Of a DNA stretch of 64,000 nucleotides, positions 1-9,884 are shown piece by piece. The DNA comes from an uncultured Phycisphaerales bacterium. GTDB taxonomy: Bacteria; Planctomycetota; Phycisphaerae; Tepidisphaerales; Tepidisphaeraceae. Each line of letters opens with the position of its first letter. Position 1 is the stretch's first letter. A program made the position numbers and the translations under genes. The notes beneath the pieces are model-generated. The model was not told the DNA's origin and did not search any database. It saw only the letters and a program-made list of their open reading frames with translations. The stretch spans positions 864,001 to 928,000 of the forward strand of contig CAVWLP010000002.1 of assembly GCA_963755915.1 (NCBI GenBank), written 5' to 3'.

Positions 1-2
1 CC

Positions 3-917
3 GTGAATACCCAGCTCACGGGCACCGGCAATACCTACTGGTTCGGCTACAACCTCCAAAAGACCGGCCCCGGCACCATCACCTGGGCCCGCACCGGTGG
101 AACCGTCACCGTCTACTCCGGCGCGACGTTCGAAATCTCCAACGGCATCGTCCAGATCGGCGGCACCGAAGACCCCTTCTCCGACAACAACGTCAGTGGA
201 CCCACCGCCAGCAGTCATCTGGCCATCACCGTCAACGGCGGCGCGCAGCTTCAGTTCCTCAACTCCAGCGCCAACGTCAACTACACCGTCTCCGGCCTTT
301 CGATCGACACGACCACCAATAGCGTGGTCGATATCGCCAACCATCAGCTCTTCATCGATTACGGCGCTTCCGATCCCATCGCAACGATCCGCGGCTATCT
401 CATCAGCGGATACAACAACGGAAGCTGGAACGGCCCGGGCATTATCTCCTCCACAGCCCAAACGCCGACCAATGGATTGCAATACGGAGTCGGCTGGGCC
501 GACGGCAACGACGGCACCGGCAACGTCGCCGGCCTCACCAGCGGCGAAATCGAGTTGAAGTACACGCTCCTGGGCGATGCCAACCTCGACGGCACCGTCA
601 ACGGAACCGATTTCTCCATCCTCGCCGCCAACTTCGGCCTCGGCGTCACCAACTGGGACCAGGGCAACTTCCTCTTTGGCTCCTCCGTCAACGGCTCCGA
701 CTTCAGCGCCCTAGCCGCCAACTTCGGCCAGGGCGATAGCGGCGCCGCCAGCACGATCTCGGCCGCGGACATTTCCGCCCTCGATGCCTTCGCGGCAGCC
801 AACGGGCTGCCAGCGCCGGTGATCGGCGCCGCCGCCGTCCCCGAACCCGCGAGCGCCGCCCTGGCAATCACCGCAGGGATTGGCGTTCTGGCCCGGCGTC
901 GGCGTCGGCGGGCGTGA
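3..917 (+). CDS. PEP-CTERM sorting domain protein with dockerin-like Ca-binding repeats (5' partial)
   Basis: LLGDANLDGTVNGTDF and WDQGNF...VNGSDFSALAANFG dockerin-like repeats; C-terminal VPEP + hydrophobic helix + RRRRR. Confidence 0.9.
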   Translation: MNTQLTGTGNTYWFGYNLQKTGPGTITWARTGGTVTVYSGATFEISNGIVQIGGTEDPFSDNNVSGPTASSHLAITVNGGAQLQFLNSSANVNYTVSGLSIDTTTNSVVDIANHQLFIDYGASDPIATIRGYLISGYNNGSWNGPGIISSTAQTPTNGLQYGVGWADGNDGTGNVAGLTSGEIELKYTLLGDANLDGTVNGTDFSILAANFGLGVTNWDQGNFLFGSSVNGSDFSALAANFGQGDSGAASTISAADISALDAFAAANGLPAPVIGAAAVPEPASAALAITAGIGVLARRRRRRA

Positions 918-993
918 TGCCCAAATCCGCTTCGCCGCCGATCGCGACTCGCTTATCTTCTGACCCTGATGCCACCCGTGGGTGGTGGCGACG

Positions 994-1026
994 AAATCCC
1001 CTCTGGGCTGCGCCAGGGGGGATTTT
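994..1026 (+). terminator. Putative intrinsic terminator after the PEP-CTERM gene
   Basis: aaatcccctctgg / ccaggggggatttt hairpin followed by T-rich sequence. Confidence 0.55.
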
Positions 1027-1133
1027 GTTGTGGTTGGCCCGTTATTTGTCCAGATTACTGGACATCCCTTCAGCCCAGCCCAGCGTATGATGATTTGCGT
1101 CATTTACCCCGGCGGGTTGGTCGATCAATTAGC

Positions 1134-3083
1134 GTGTCAACCGTGGTTTCATGCCAAAAACAAGGCCTTCCCTGGCTTGTTGCTGAACTCGATCGGCGGC
1201 CGGGTAAGCTCGACAAGGCAACCATCTCCCGCCTTCTAACGGAAGCCAACCTGACGATCAACGACGTTGCGCCTTTTGTCGAGCAGCGAACCACTTCCTA
1301 CGCCCGGCGATGCGTCGCCCGACGAGACAACTATGAGCTGCTCGTGCTTACCTGGCTGCCATCACAGGGAAGCGTGGCGCACGATCATTCCGGATGTCTT
1401 TGCGGGCTGAAGGTCGTTCAGGGGTGTCTGACCGAGCAGCTTTTTCAGCAGGGGCCGGATGGACAGGTTCGGCGGATCAGTGATTCACAGCTTCAGGTGG
1501 GGGGAATCACGGTTGATCCCGGGGTGGTGATCCATTCGCTGACCAATGACGCGAGTTCGCCGCAGGCGCTGGTAACGGTGCATATTTACGCGCCCCCCCT
1601 GCCGGAGGTGAGACGATATGCGGTGACTTCCGAGCCGCCGGCGAAGGTGTTTGTGCGAGCCGCGGCGGCGAACGCGCAAACAGTGGCCATCGTGGGCGGG
1701 GGATTCACCGGAACGATGTGCCTCGCGAATCTTCTCCGGCTCGAGAAGGAAAGCCGGTTGCCGATGCATATCGTGCTGATCGATCGGCTGCCGGCGATTG
1801 GCGAGGGAGTTGCCTACCGAACCAACGACGGACGGCACTTGCTCAACGTCCCGGCAGGACGAATGAGCGCGTGGGCGGATCGTCCGGATGATTTCCTCCA
1901 GTTTATGCGCTCGAAGGGCCCGTCTGTAAACCCCGGCGATTTCGTTTCCCGGAAATTCTTCGGACAATACGTCCGCGAGAATCTGCTGAAGCTCGCGGAA
2001 ACAGCCGGCGAGCAGGTGAGCGTTGAAATCATTCGCGATGACGCCACTCAATTGAATCCCCAAACCGACGGGGCGTGGCGGATTGAAACAGCCGGGGGCA
2101 GAACGATCGATGCGAACCTGGCGATTCTGACGATCGGCCATCGCCCTCCTGACGATCCGTTTGGCTCGCGATGGACGGGGCTGCGGAATCGGTTCGTGGC
2201 CGATCCGTGGGCCGCGCTGGTGCTGAGCCAGATCGGGCCCAACGAGCCGGTGCTGCTGCTCGGCAGCGGATTGACGGCCGTGGATGCGATATTGACGCTG
2301 GACCGCGCCGACCGCGTCGCGCCGCTGATAACCGTCTCGCGGCGCGGGCTGATGCCGCTGCCGCATACGCGCGAGCCTCGGGCGGCGGCGGATTTGTCGG
2401 AGCTGACTGGCCAGTGGCTTGATCCATCGGCGCCGCTGACGATTCGTGAACTGGTTGACACCCTGCGGCGGCATACCGCCCTTGCGGCGCAGAATGGAAC
2501 CGATTGGCGGCAAATGATCGATGGCCTCCGCCCCGCGATTTCGCAACTGTGGGGCAGGCTTTCCTCGCCACAGCGATCGCGATTTTTGCGGCACGTCCGG
2601 CCATTTTGGGAAGTTCACCGTCATCGAATGGCGCCGGATGTCGCGGACACAATCAAAAAGCTTCGAGAGAAACGGACGCTCGAAGTCGTGGCCGGATCGG
2701 TTGTTTCCGCCCGGGCGGATGGCGAAGGCGTCGACGTCGCGGTCGCTTGCCGCGGAAATTCCTCGGTCCGCAACCTGCGCGTTTCATGGGTGGTGAACTG
2801 CACCGGGCCGGGGGCACATAACCGCCATTCCACCCATCCGCTTTTGCGACCGCTGCTGGAGCGGGGCACCGTCTGCAACGATGAGTTTGATTTGGGATTG
2901 CTGACCGATTCGGTTGGGCACGCGAGAGATGCCCAGGGGAATATGCTGCGGACGCTGCTCATCGCTGGGACCCTGCGGAAATCGACGTTGTGGGAGTCGA
3001 CGGCCGTCCCGGAATTGCGGCTGCAAGCCCAAACAGTTGCCAAAGCTGCGCTCGATAGCCTCACCAACCTCGCCACACGCTGA
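1134..3083 (+). CDS. Cysteine dioxygenase-like cupin fused to FAD/NAD(P)-binding oxidoreductase
   Basis: N-terminal YARR...ELLVLTW...HDHSG...VIH...VHIY (thiol dioxygenase 3-His motifs); then IVGGGFTG, GVAY...LLNVPA..MS, LLGSGLTAVD, WESTAVPELR. Start placed at the in-frame GTG at 1134; the ORF track start (969) lies upstream of the terminator. Confidence 0.8.
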   Translation: MSTVVSCQKQGLPWLVAELDRRPGKLDKATISRLLTEANLTINDVAPFVEQRTTSYARRCVARRDNYELLVLTWLPSQGSVAHDHSGCLCGLKVVQGCLTEQLFQQGPDGQVRRISDSQLQVGGITVDPGVVIHSLTNDASSPQALVTVHIYAPPLPEVRRYAVTSEPPAKVFVRAAAANAQTVAIVGGGFTGTMCLANLLRLEKESRLPMHIVLIDRLPAIGEGVAYRTNDGRHLLNVPAGRMSAWADRPDDFLQFMRSKGPSVNPGDFVSRKFFGQYVRENLLKLAETAGEQVSVEIIRDDATQLNPQTDGAWRIETAGGRTIDANLAILTIGHRPPDDPFGSRWTGLRNRFVADPWAALVLSQIGPNEPVLLLGSGLTAVDAILTLDRADRVAPLITVSRRGLMPLPHTREPRAAADLSELTGQWLDPSAPLTIRELVDTLRRHTALAAQNGTDWRQMIDGLRPAISQLWGRLSSPQRSRFLRHVRPFWEVHRHRMAPDVADTIKKLREKRTLEVVAGSVVSARADGEGVDVAVACRGNSSVRNLRVSWVVNCTGPGAHNRHSTHPLLRPLLERGTVCNDEFDLGLLTDSVGHARDAQGNMLRTLLIAGTLRKSTLWESTAVPELRLQAQTVAKAALDSLTNLATR

Positions 3084-3231
3084 GCCCGTTCCGTTCTCTC
3101 GACAAATTGGTGATCGTCCCGCGTTTCCTCAGGGCGGAACGCGTTCGAATTTCGGTCGTTCATACCCCCGATATTTGTTGACAGCCCCGGCATTTCCATG
3201 AACATGCCTACGTCATATGGCGGGAGGAAAC

Positions 3232-3732
3232 ATGAGGATTGCCCGGCGGCTGTTGCAAACCCTCTCGGCCCTGTCACTGTTGGTGTTTGTCTCAACCCTG
3301 ACGCTCTGGGGACGTAGTTTTTTCGTCCGGGACGAATTCATTAGGCAGCATAGCGGCATTCAGCAGATGTGGGATTCTGACTGTGGGAGAATTCACTTCG
3401 GGATATTCGGCATCACGCCCGACAATGGCAATAACTGTGACTGGACCTGGGACGATAACGCGGCGCCGGGGAACACCGTTCCGCTGGCCGCATGCTCTTG
3501 GGTGCACGCGCACTTCGGAATCGGTTGGGACGTGTGCGGGTCACTCATGTGTCGAACGGCTACAGCTCGATTTCACGTCGTAGGCCGCGAGTGGTGGGTG
3601 CCATACTGGTTAGTCGCGCTGCTCGCCCTGCCGTTCGCGATGATTCTCCCGCTTCAGGTCCTTCCGTCCCTCAGACTCGCCCTGGAATGCCGGCGCAATC
3701 GAGCCGGTGGATTCCCGTTGTACCCGTTGTAA
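3232..3732 (+). CDS. Hypothetical membrane protein
   Basis: N-terminal TM ending LWGRSF, C-terminal VPYW-TM segment; GGAGG RBS before ATG 3232. Confidence 0.6.
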   Translation: MRIARRLLQTLSALSLLVFVSTLTLWGRSFFVRDEFIRQHSGIQQMWDSDCGRIHFGIFGITPDNGNNCDWTWDDNAAPGNTVPLAACSWVHAHFGIGWDVCGSLMCRTATARFHVVGREWWVPYWLVALLALPFAMILPLQVLPSLRLALECRRNRAGGFPLYPL

Positions 3733-3992
3733 GAACTGAAGCCCCTGAAAACTCTCTACGACCGCATCCTTCTCACGAATTCCTATAGGATTAGTGTAAA
3801 TTTAAATATTTGAAAATAAAGGAGTTGCGGTGTTTCGCGGCGCATGATCGCTTAGACAAAGCGATAAAAAGGCTTGTCTCTGGAGAAGGCGCCTTGCTAC
3901 GGTGGGTCTGTCGAAAATTCGCCGCAGCGTGCGCGAGTTTTACAAGCAAAGGCCGCCGGCAATCGCGACCGGCCAAAACACGAGAGGAAGCC

Positions 3993-4271
3993 ATGAACAC
4001 AACAATGACCAGCGAGAGAATGATGAGCATGGGAATGGGAAACATGGGCGGCATGATGGGAATGCCCATGATGGGGCGCATGGGCATGAGCTCCGAAGCC
4101 GGCAGCATGCCGGGCATGATGATCCCCCGTTGCACGATGAAGATAGAGAAGTGTCCCGGCGGAATGAAAATGACCTGCATGTGCGACGACAAAACCGCCG
4201 CGATGATGATGCCCGGCATGACCTGCTGCATGATGATGAACGGAATGCCGGTCTGCTGCTGTGTGTGCTGA
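3993..4271 (+). CDS. Small Met/Cys-rich protein (92 aa), possibly metal- or sulfur-binding
   Basis: GAGAGGA RBS before ATG 3993; about 29 Met and 10 Cys; ends CCCVC; followed by a hairpin. Confidence 0.7.
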   Translation: MNTTMTSERMMSMGMGNMGGMMGMPMMGRMGMSSEAGSMPGMMIPRCTMKIEKCPGGMKMTCMCDDKTAAMMMPGMTCCMMMNGMPVCCCVC

Positions 4272-4324
4272 ACCCATCAATGTAAAATCGGCTGGATAGC
4301 CTTAAGAAAAAGCTTGCCGAACGG

Positions 4325-4386
4325 GCTGCCGGTTTATTAGACTCGTCGCCCCCGAGTAACGTATGAACCGGCAGCCTTCTTTTTTC
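4325..4386 (+). terminator. Long hairpin / terminator
   Basis: ggctgccggtt...aaccggcagcc stem followed by ttctttttt. Confidence 0.55.
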
Positions 4387-4569
4387 CACTTGTTTCTGAA
4401 ATTCGCCGCTTCCTGGGCAGCGTGTTGTTGCTGATCCGACCTGTCCGCGCATCGCGGAGTTGAAGTTCCGTTCAGATTTAATGTCCTATTCCCCGGAGCG
4501 GCCAATTCACCTGACGGTTCCTGCTCCGCTTCCGGCGGGGGTACGCGGCACAAGCGTTCCCCCGCAAAC

Positions 4570-4641
4570 GACCATGTGGCCGAGTGGTTCAGGCCCGGGC
4601 CTGCAAAGCCCGGTACGTGGGTTCAATTCCCGCCATGGTCT
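4570..4641 (+). tRNA. tRNA-Cys (GCA)
   Basis: Acceptor stem GACCATG/CATGGTC, D-arm GCC-GAGTGGTTCA-GGC, anticodon arm CGGGC-CTGCAAA-GCCCG, T-arm GTGGG-TTCAATT-CCCGC, U73 discriminator; CCA not encoded. Confidence 0.93.
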
Positions 4642-4688
4642 CTAAGATGTCCCCTTTCACACTTTTCACACGTTCACACTTTCCCCCC

Positions 4689-5683
4689 TCACTCCGCTTT
4701 GGACTCCCGCGTCATCAGCGTCGTCAGCGCCCGAATCACATCCATCCCCTCAAACAAAACCGCATGCACCGCCTCGGTGATCGGCATCTCGACCTTGTAA
4801 CGCACCGAAAGCTCGCGCACGCTGCGCGTGGTCGGCACGCCCTCGGCCACCGAGTCCATCGCACCCAGGACATCCTGCAATTTTCGCCCTTTCCCGATCT
4901 GCTCCCCCACCGTCCGGTTGCGCCCTTCGGGGCTTACGCAGGTGGTGATCAGGTCGCCGAGACCGGCGAGGCCTTGAAACGTCGACTCCGCCGCCCCCAT
5001 CGCCATCCCCAGCCGCGTGATCTCCACGAGCCCGCGCGTGACCAGCGCCGCCTTGGCGTTGTTCCCGGCGGCCAGCCCGTCGAGGATTCCCGCGGCGATG
5101 GCGATGATGTTCTTGGTCGCCCCCGCCAGCTCCGTACCGATCACGTCGGAGTTGGTGTAGACGCGGAACCACTGCGTGGAAAAGACGCTCTGGATCCGTT
5201 TGGCGAATTCGTCATCCTCCGCGGCCGCGACCGCGGTGGCGGGGAGATACCGCGCCAGCTCGGCGGCGATGTTCGGCCCCGAAAGCGCGGCCAGCTTTCG
5301 CCCCCGCCCCACCACATCGGAAATAATCTGCGTCGGCCGAAGCAGCGTCTGATTCTCAATCCCCTTCGCCACCGAAATGATCGACACCCCCGCGGGAACA
5401 AAATTCGATAGCCGCTTCCAGACGCTGCGCATGTATTGGGTGGGAACGGCCGAAAGGACCAGCGTTGCGCCGTCGAAGCATTCCGCGTCATTCGCCGTCA
5501 GGCGCACATTTTGTGGCAGCTTGACGCCCGGCAGCAGCCGCTGGTTTTCGCGGTTCTGGATCAGCCGGTTGATCGATTCCTCGAATACGCCCCAGAGCGT
5601 AACCTCATGCCCCTCCTGCGTGAGCAGCAGGCGCAAACCGTGGCCATCGCGCCGTCGCCGATGATCGTGACGCGTTCGGACAT
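4689..5683 (-). CDS. gpsA: NAD(P)H-dependent glycerol-3-phosphate dehydrogenase (frameshift near 5635)
   Basis: MSERVTIIGDGAMAT N-terminus in another frame, then AKGIE, LSGPNIAAE, GATKNIIAIAAG, GLGDLITTC, RNRTVG. Confidence 0.92.
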
Positions 5684-5693
5684 GGGCGGCATC

Positions 5694-7351
5694 TTATGAT
5701 TGCCTGTTGCCTATTGCCAATTTGGAAATGCTGTCCTCGAGCCCGCCAGGCCGATTGCGCCAGCCAGCAGCGGCGATGCGATTCAATCATCTCCCCCCCA
5801 TCGCCCGCGGAATGATCGCAGGCATATTCGAGCATCGCCGCGGCGTTGACGAATTCGACTTTGATCGTTGCGGCGTCGGGTACATTGAGACTGGCTTTGG
5901 AAAACCCGCGCATGGCGGATTGAATCGCCGCGCGCGCGGCTTGGAGATTCCCGGGTGTAATGCCTTCCATCGGATCTTTATGGGCGGAGCCCGGCACCAG
6001 AATATTGAACAGTGCCGAGCGATTGGGGATCAGCTTGCCGACAGATTTATAGACGTTGCCGAGATCGAGGGCGATTTGGCCGGCGACGGAGGCGGCGTCT
6101 TTGAAGGCGTAAAGATCGAGAAGGCGAGCGAGGGGAAGGTTGCGATTGGAATCGAGGCACCAACTGAGAGCCGCGCCGGCGGCGAAGCCGGGGTAGCTGA
6201 AGGGGAGATACTGGAGGTGGCCGTGGTCGCCCCAGTCGGTGTTGAGATAGCCGGCGGCGCCGTGGGCGAGGCCGGCGGTCGCGGCGGAGAGCTGATTGGC
6301 GAGCATGTTGTCCGTTCGGCCCGCGATGCTGCACCAGGAACTTGAGCCGGGACAGACGTAAAATTCCTTGCCACTTTGAGCGAGGACGCCGCACTGCTCG
6401 TCGAATGGGTGGTCGGCTTCGTACCCCCAGAGAAGGGCAATCGCGTCCTTTGGCAATTGCGGCAGCAGCGACGGTTCTTTGATGATGATGTCGCCCCAGA
6501 ACATCATCCGGCGGTTGTGGGACTGGACGAGGCGGTGGACGGAATTGAGGAAATCGAGATAGACCTGGTGGACGCCGACGCGATCGCACTGCGCGCGGCT
6601 GCGGCCCTGGCCGATGTCGAAGGTTTCGTCGCAGCCGACGTTGAAGAGCGGGCTGGAAAAATTGGGGAGGAGCTGGGCGTAGAGATCGGAAAGGAGGTCG
6701 AGCGAGCGCGGGTCGGTGGGACAGAGACTGAAGGGGCCTTTCCAGCGGAAGCCCCAGGGGGTTTCGGCGCCGCCCTGGGCTTCAGCGAGAGGGAGATAGC
6801 GCGGGTGGCGGAGCCAGCGCTCCATGTGGCCGAAACTGTTTTGATTCGGGACGAAGTCGATAAAGCGCGATTTGCAATATGTGTCAAGGACGAGGAGTTC
6901 ATCGGCGGTCAGTGGTGACGCGTTTTGCCAGACCTCTTCGTGGCCGCGGTAGGCGAAGGTGTGCTCGAGGTAGAGCTGGAGATGGTTGATTTTCCAGCTT
7001 GCCAGGAGATCGATGAGGGAGAAGAGAGTGGACATGGTGGGGACTTTGTCGCGGCTGATGTCGAGCATGACGCCGCGGACGGGGAAGTCGGGTGAGTCCT
7101 CGATTTCGAGGCAGGGAATGGCGGCGGGATAGAGGGATCGAAGCTGCGAGAGAGTCTGGCGGGCGTAGAAGATGGCGGCGGGGTCGTGGGCGATCATTTG
7201 GGAGGAATTGGGAGTAATTGAGAGGCGGTAGCCCTGGGGGGGGAGGGCGGGAGTCGAGATGTTCGACCACCGGCGCGGTGGAGGAGCCGGGGGTGCGGGT
7301 GAGTTTTCGGGGGTGGGGGAGGAGGGGAATCGGGTCCGTCTCATGGAGCAT
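5694..7351 (-). CDS. Glycoside hydrolase family 20 (beta-N-acetylhexosaminidase-like); frameshifts near both ends
   Basis: IEDSPDFPVRGVMLDISRDKVP, SFGHMERWL, NVGCDE catalytic DE pair, TDWGDHGH; N-terminus LLPHPRKL and C-terminus RNRPGGLEDS lie in other frames. Confidence 0.85.
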
Positions 7352-7384
7352 GAGACTGAGTGTAACCGAAGATTTTTTACACGG

Positions 7385-7424
7385 CCCTCACCCCTGCCCT
7401 CTCCCGGATTACCGGGAGAGGGGG
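7385..7424. repeat. REP-like palindrome (CCCTCACCC...CTCTCCC...GGGAGAGGG family)
   Basis: ccctcacccctgccctctcccggattaccgggagagggg; related copy at about 60272-60328. Confidence 0.65.
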
Positions 7425-7446
7425 AAGAGAGGCGAATCTCGGCTTA

Positions 7447-9702
7447 TTAAGCTGCGCGGCCGCCGTTGTTTTGGTACTCGTAGTAGGTTCGGATGTTTCG
7501 GCCATAGTAGCCGCCGCCCTGGGCGCGGACGGCATTGAGGACGATGCCAAGATGCTCCGCTTTGACCTGGCGGAGGGTGTCGCGCATTCGGGTGAGGACG
7601 CCGCGAGTGTTGGTGCGGGCGCGGACGATGGTGATGACGCCATCGACGCGCGGGGCGAGGGCGACAGTTTCGGAGACGAAGAGGAGCGGGCCGCTGTCGA
7701 AGATGACGTGGTCGAATTCTTCGAGGGCGCGTTCGATGAAATCGACGAGGAGCTGGCTTTCGACCAGTTCGGTGGCGTTGGTGGGCTTGTGACCGCTGGG
7801 GAGAACGAAGAGGTTGGGGACCTGCGTTTCCTGTACGGCGTGCTCGAAGATATCAAGGCTGTTGAGGACGTCGGAGAATCCCTGGTCGTTGGCCAAATTG
7901 AAGACGCGATGGAGTTCGGGCCTTCGGAAGTTGGCGTCGACGAGGAGGATTCGCCGGCCGTTGAGGGCCAACCCGCTGGCGAGGTTGCAGGCGATGGTGG
8001 ATTTTCCGTCGCCGGGCGAGGGGCTGGTGACCAGAAGCGTGCGCATGGTGTCGAGGGAAGAGCTGTGCTGAAGCCGGGTGCGGACCTGGCGGAGTTGCTC
8101 TGCCATCATGGAATGAGGCGCTTCGAAGATAACGACGGGGAGGCGAGCGCCGGCGGACTGTGGATCGTCATCCTCGTGGGGAACCATACCCAGAAGGTTG
8201 AGCGAACCGACACGGGTGATGTCGCGCGGGGAACGGATCGAGGTATCGAGCAGTTCACGCAGGAAGACGACGCCCAGCGCCAAGATCAGACCGGCGGCGA
8301 TGGCGACGATCATCGTCTGATAGAGCTTGGGGAAACTGGGCATTTCCGGGAGCTCGGGGAACGATTCCCAGGAGACACCGGCGAAATCGTGCTTGGCGTT
8401 GTAATTGGCGATTTCCTCAAGCTCATCCTCGGTTTTCTCAAGCTTCTGGTTGTCGCGGTCACGTTCGGCCTGCTTGAGGAGGAGCTGCTGCTCTTTTTCG
8501 GAGAGAGTCGCCATCTGCCCGGTGATGGATTTGATGTCGGTCTGGAGGGCGTCGGCCTGGCGCTTGGCGGAGTCGAGTTTTTCACGAAGCGATTCCTCGA
8601 CTTCGCTGCGATAACGGATGCGTGCCCTTTCCTCCTGCATTTTAAGGGTGTTCTCGACGGTGAGAGTTTCCTTTTGGAGGCGTTCGAGGCCGGGGCTGTC
8701 GGCCATCATCGTGCCGCCGGAGGAAGCCGAAAGCGAAGTTTCCAGGTCATTGGCCTGCCTGCGCAAATCCTTGATCGCATCATCGTCGTTGAGCATGGTC
8801 TCAACCTGCGGCACGTTGTTGGGATCATTTTGAATATGCACTTCAAGATTCTCGAATTCTTCCTTGGCAGTCTCTTCTGCCAATTGGGCGGTCTGCTCAC
8901 TCTGGATGAGCTGTTGGAGCTGCATGTCCTTTTCGCTGATTTTGCTCATTCCTTCGGTGACACCGTCGGCGTTGAGGTCGGCGAGGAGGTCGGCGATGTC
9001 GCCGTCGTCGAGCTTGACCTTGCCTTCCTCGGTGGTTCGCTCATTTTCCAGGTCAAGGTTGAAGGTGTAGCGGAGGTCGCGGTTGCGATCCTCCTGGTCC
9101 TTGATGTACTGATCGACGACGGATTTGACGATGATCTGGGCCGACTGGGGATCGGAGTCGGTAAAGCTGATCGCGATCAGCCGCGAATCAGGTGAAGAGC
9201 CGATTTCGAGATTATCCTCAAGATCGGCCTTTGCATCCTGGATGGTGGCGTGGCGGTGGAACCAGGCGGTGCTGCGGATATCGCCGTTGGGGTCCCTGAG
9301 CACTTCGGAAATGAGGGGCTTGCTTTTGAGCAAGGTGCTGTGGAGGCGGACCTCGATGGGGACGGCGGAGATGTTGTATTCGTCGTTGTTCTTGTTGAGG
9401 GCGTCTTCGTCGCCGGTTTCGACGATCCCGCGGACGACGACGGTTCCCTCGGCGGTGAAATGGGGGTGGTATTTAAGGAGCCAGTAGTTGACCCCGTAAC
9501 CGACGCCGCCGCTGACGACGAGGATAAGGAGGATAAGCCAGAAGTTTGATCGAATGACTCTCCAGGCGTCGGCGCCGGTCATGGCGGAGCCGGTACCGGG
9601 GCCATAGGCGACGGGCCCCATGGAAAGGGAGGCAGGCGCCGGGAGGGCGGAAAAACCTGGGCGTGGCAGTCGAACTGCCGCCGTCTGAGGTAAGGTAGTC
9701 AT
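7447..9702 (-). CDS. Polysaccharide co-polymerase / tyrosine autokinase (Wzc-like)
   Basis: Two TMs flanking a coiled-coil; TSPSPGDGKS Walker A, LLVDANFRRP, VIFDSGP; C-terminal Tyr cluster YYGRNIRTYYEY. Confidence 0.9.
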   Translation of the reverse strand: MTTLPQTAAVRLPRPGFSALPAPASLSMGPVAYGPGTGSAMTGADAWRVIRSNFWLILLILVVSGGVGYGVNYWLLKYHPHFTAEGTVVVRGIVETGDEDALNKNNDEYNISAVPIEVRLHSTLLKSKPLISEVLRDPNGDIRSTAWFHRHATIQDAKADLEDNLEIGSSPDSRLIAISFTDSDPQSAQIIVKSVVDQYIKDQEDRNRDLRYTFNLDLENERTTEEGKVKLDDGDIADLLADLNADGVTEGMSKISEKDMQLQQLIQSEQTAQLAEETAKEEFENLEVHIQNDPNNVPQVETMLNDDDAIKDLRRQANDLETSLSASSGGTMMADSPGLERLQKETLTVENTLKMQEERARIRYRSEVEESLREKLDSAKRQADALQTDIKSITGQMATLSEKEQQLLLKQAERDRDNQKLEKTEDELEEIANYNAKHDFAGVSWESFPELPEMPSFPKLYQTMIVAIAAGLILALGVVFLRELLDTSIRSPRDITRVGSLNLLGMVPHEDDDPQSAGARLPVVIFEAPHSMMAEQLRQVRTRLQHSSSLDTMRTLLVTSPSPGDGKSTIACNLASGLALNGRRILLVDANFRRPELHRVFNLANDQGFSDVLNSLDIFEHAVQETQVPNLFVLPSGHKPTNATELVESQLLVDFIERALEEFDHVIFDSGPLLFVSETVALAPRVDGVITIVRARTNTRGVLTRMRDTLRQVKAEHLGIVLNAVRAQGGGYYGRNIRTYYEYQNNGGRAA

Positions 9703-9884
9703 AACGATACATCTCCTGAGGAGCCGGACCGACCGATAAATTTTGCGGGGTTTAAACCGCGGTCAGACTCCAGACCAACGTGCGGGAAGACGCACCCCTG
9801 TGGATTCCCGAACTCCATAGATACTCTCATTTTAGATCGAGGCATTCAAGTAATTTCCATATTTCCGGCAATTGGCCCAAGTGC

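Noticed and set aside
3897-4280. His-rich minus-strand ORF
   Set aside because: Antisense shadow of the ATG-rich Met protein (ATG reads as CAT); the RBS supports the plus-strand gene.
4570-4641. tRNA-Cys as an integration site
   Set aside because: No duplicated tRNA 3' end or integrase found in the window.
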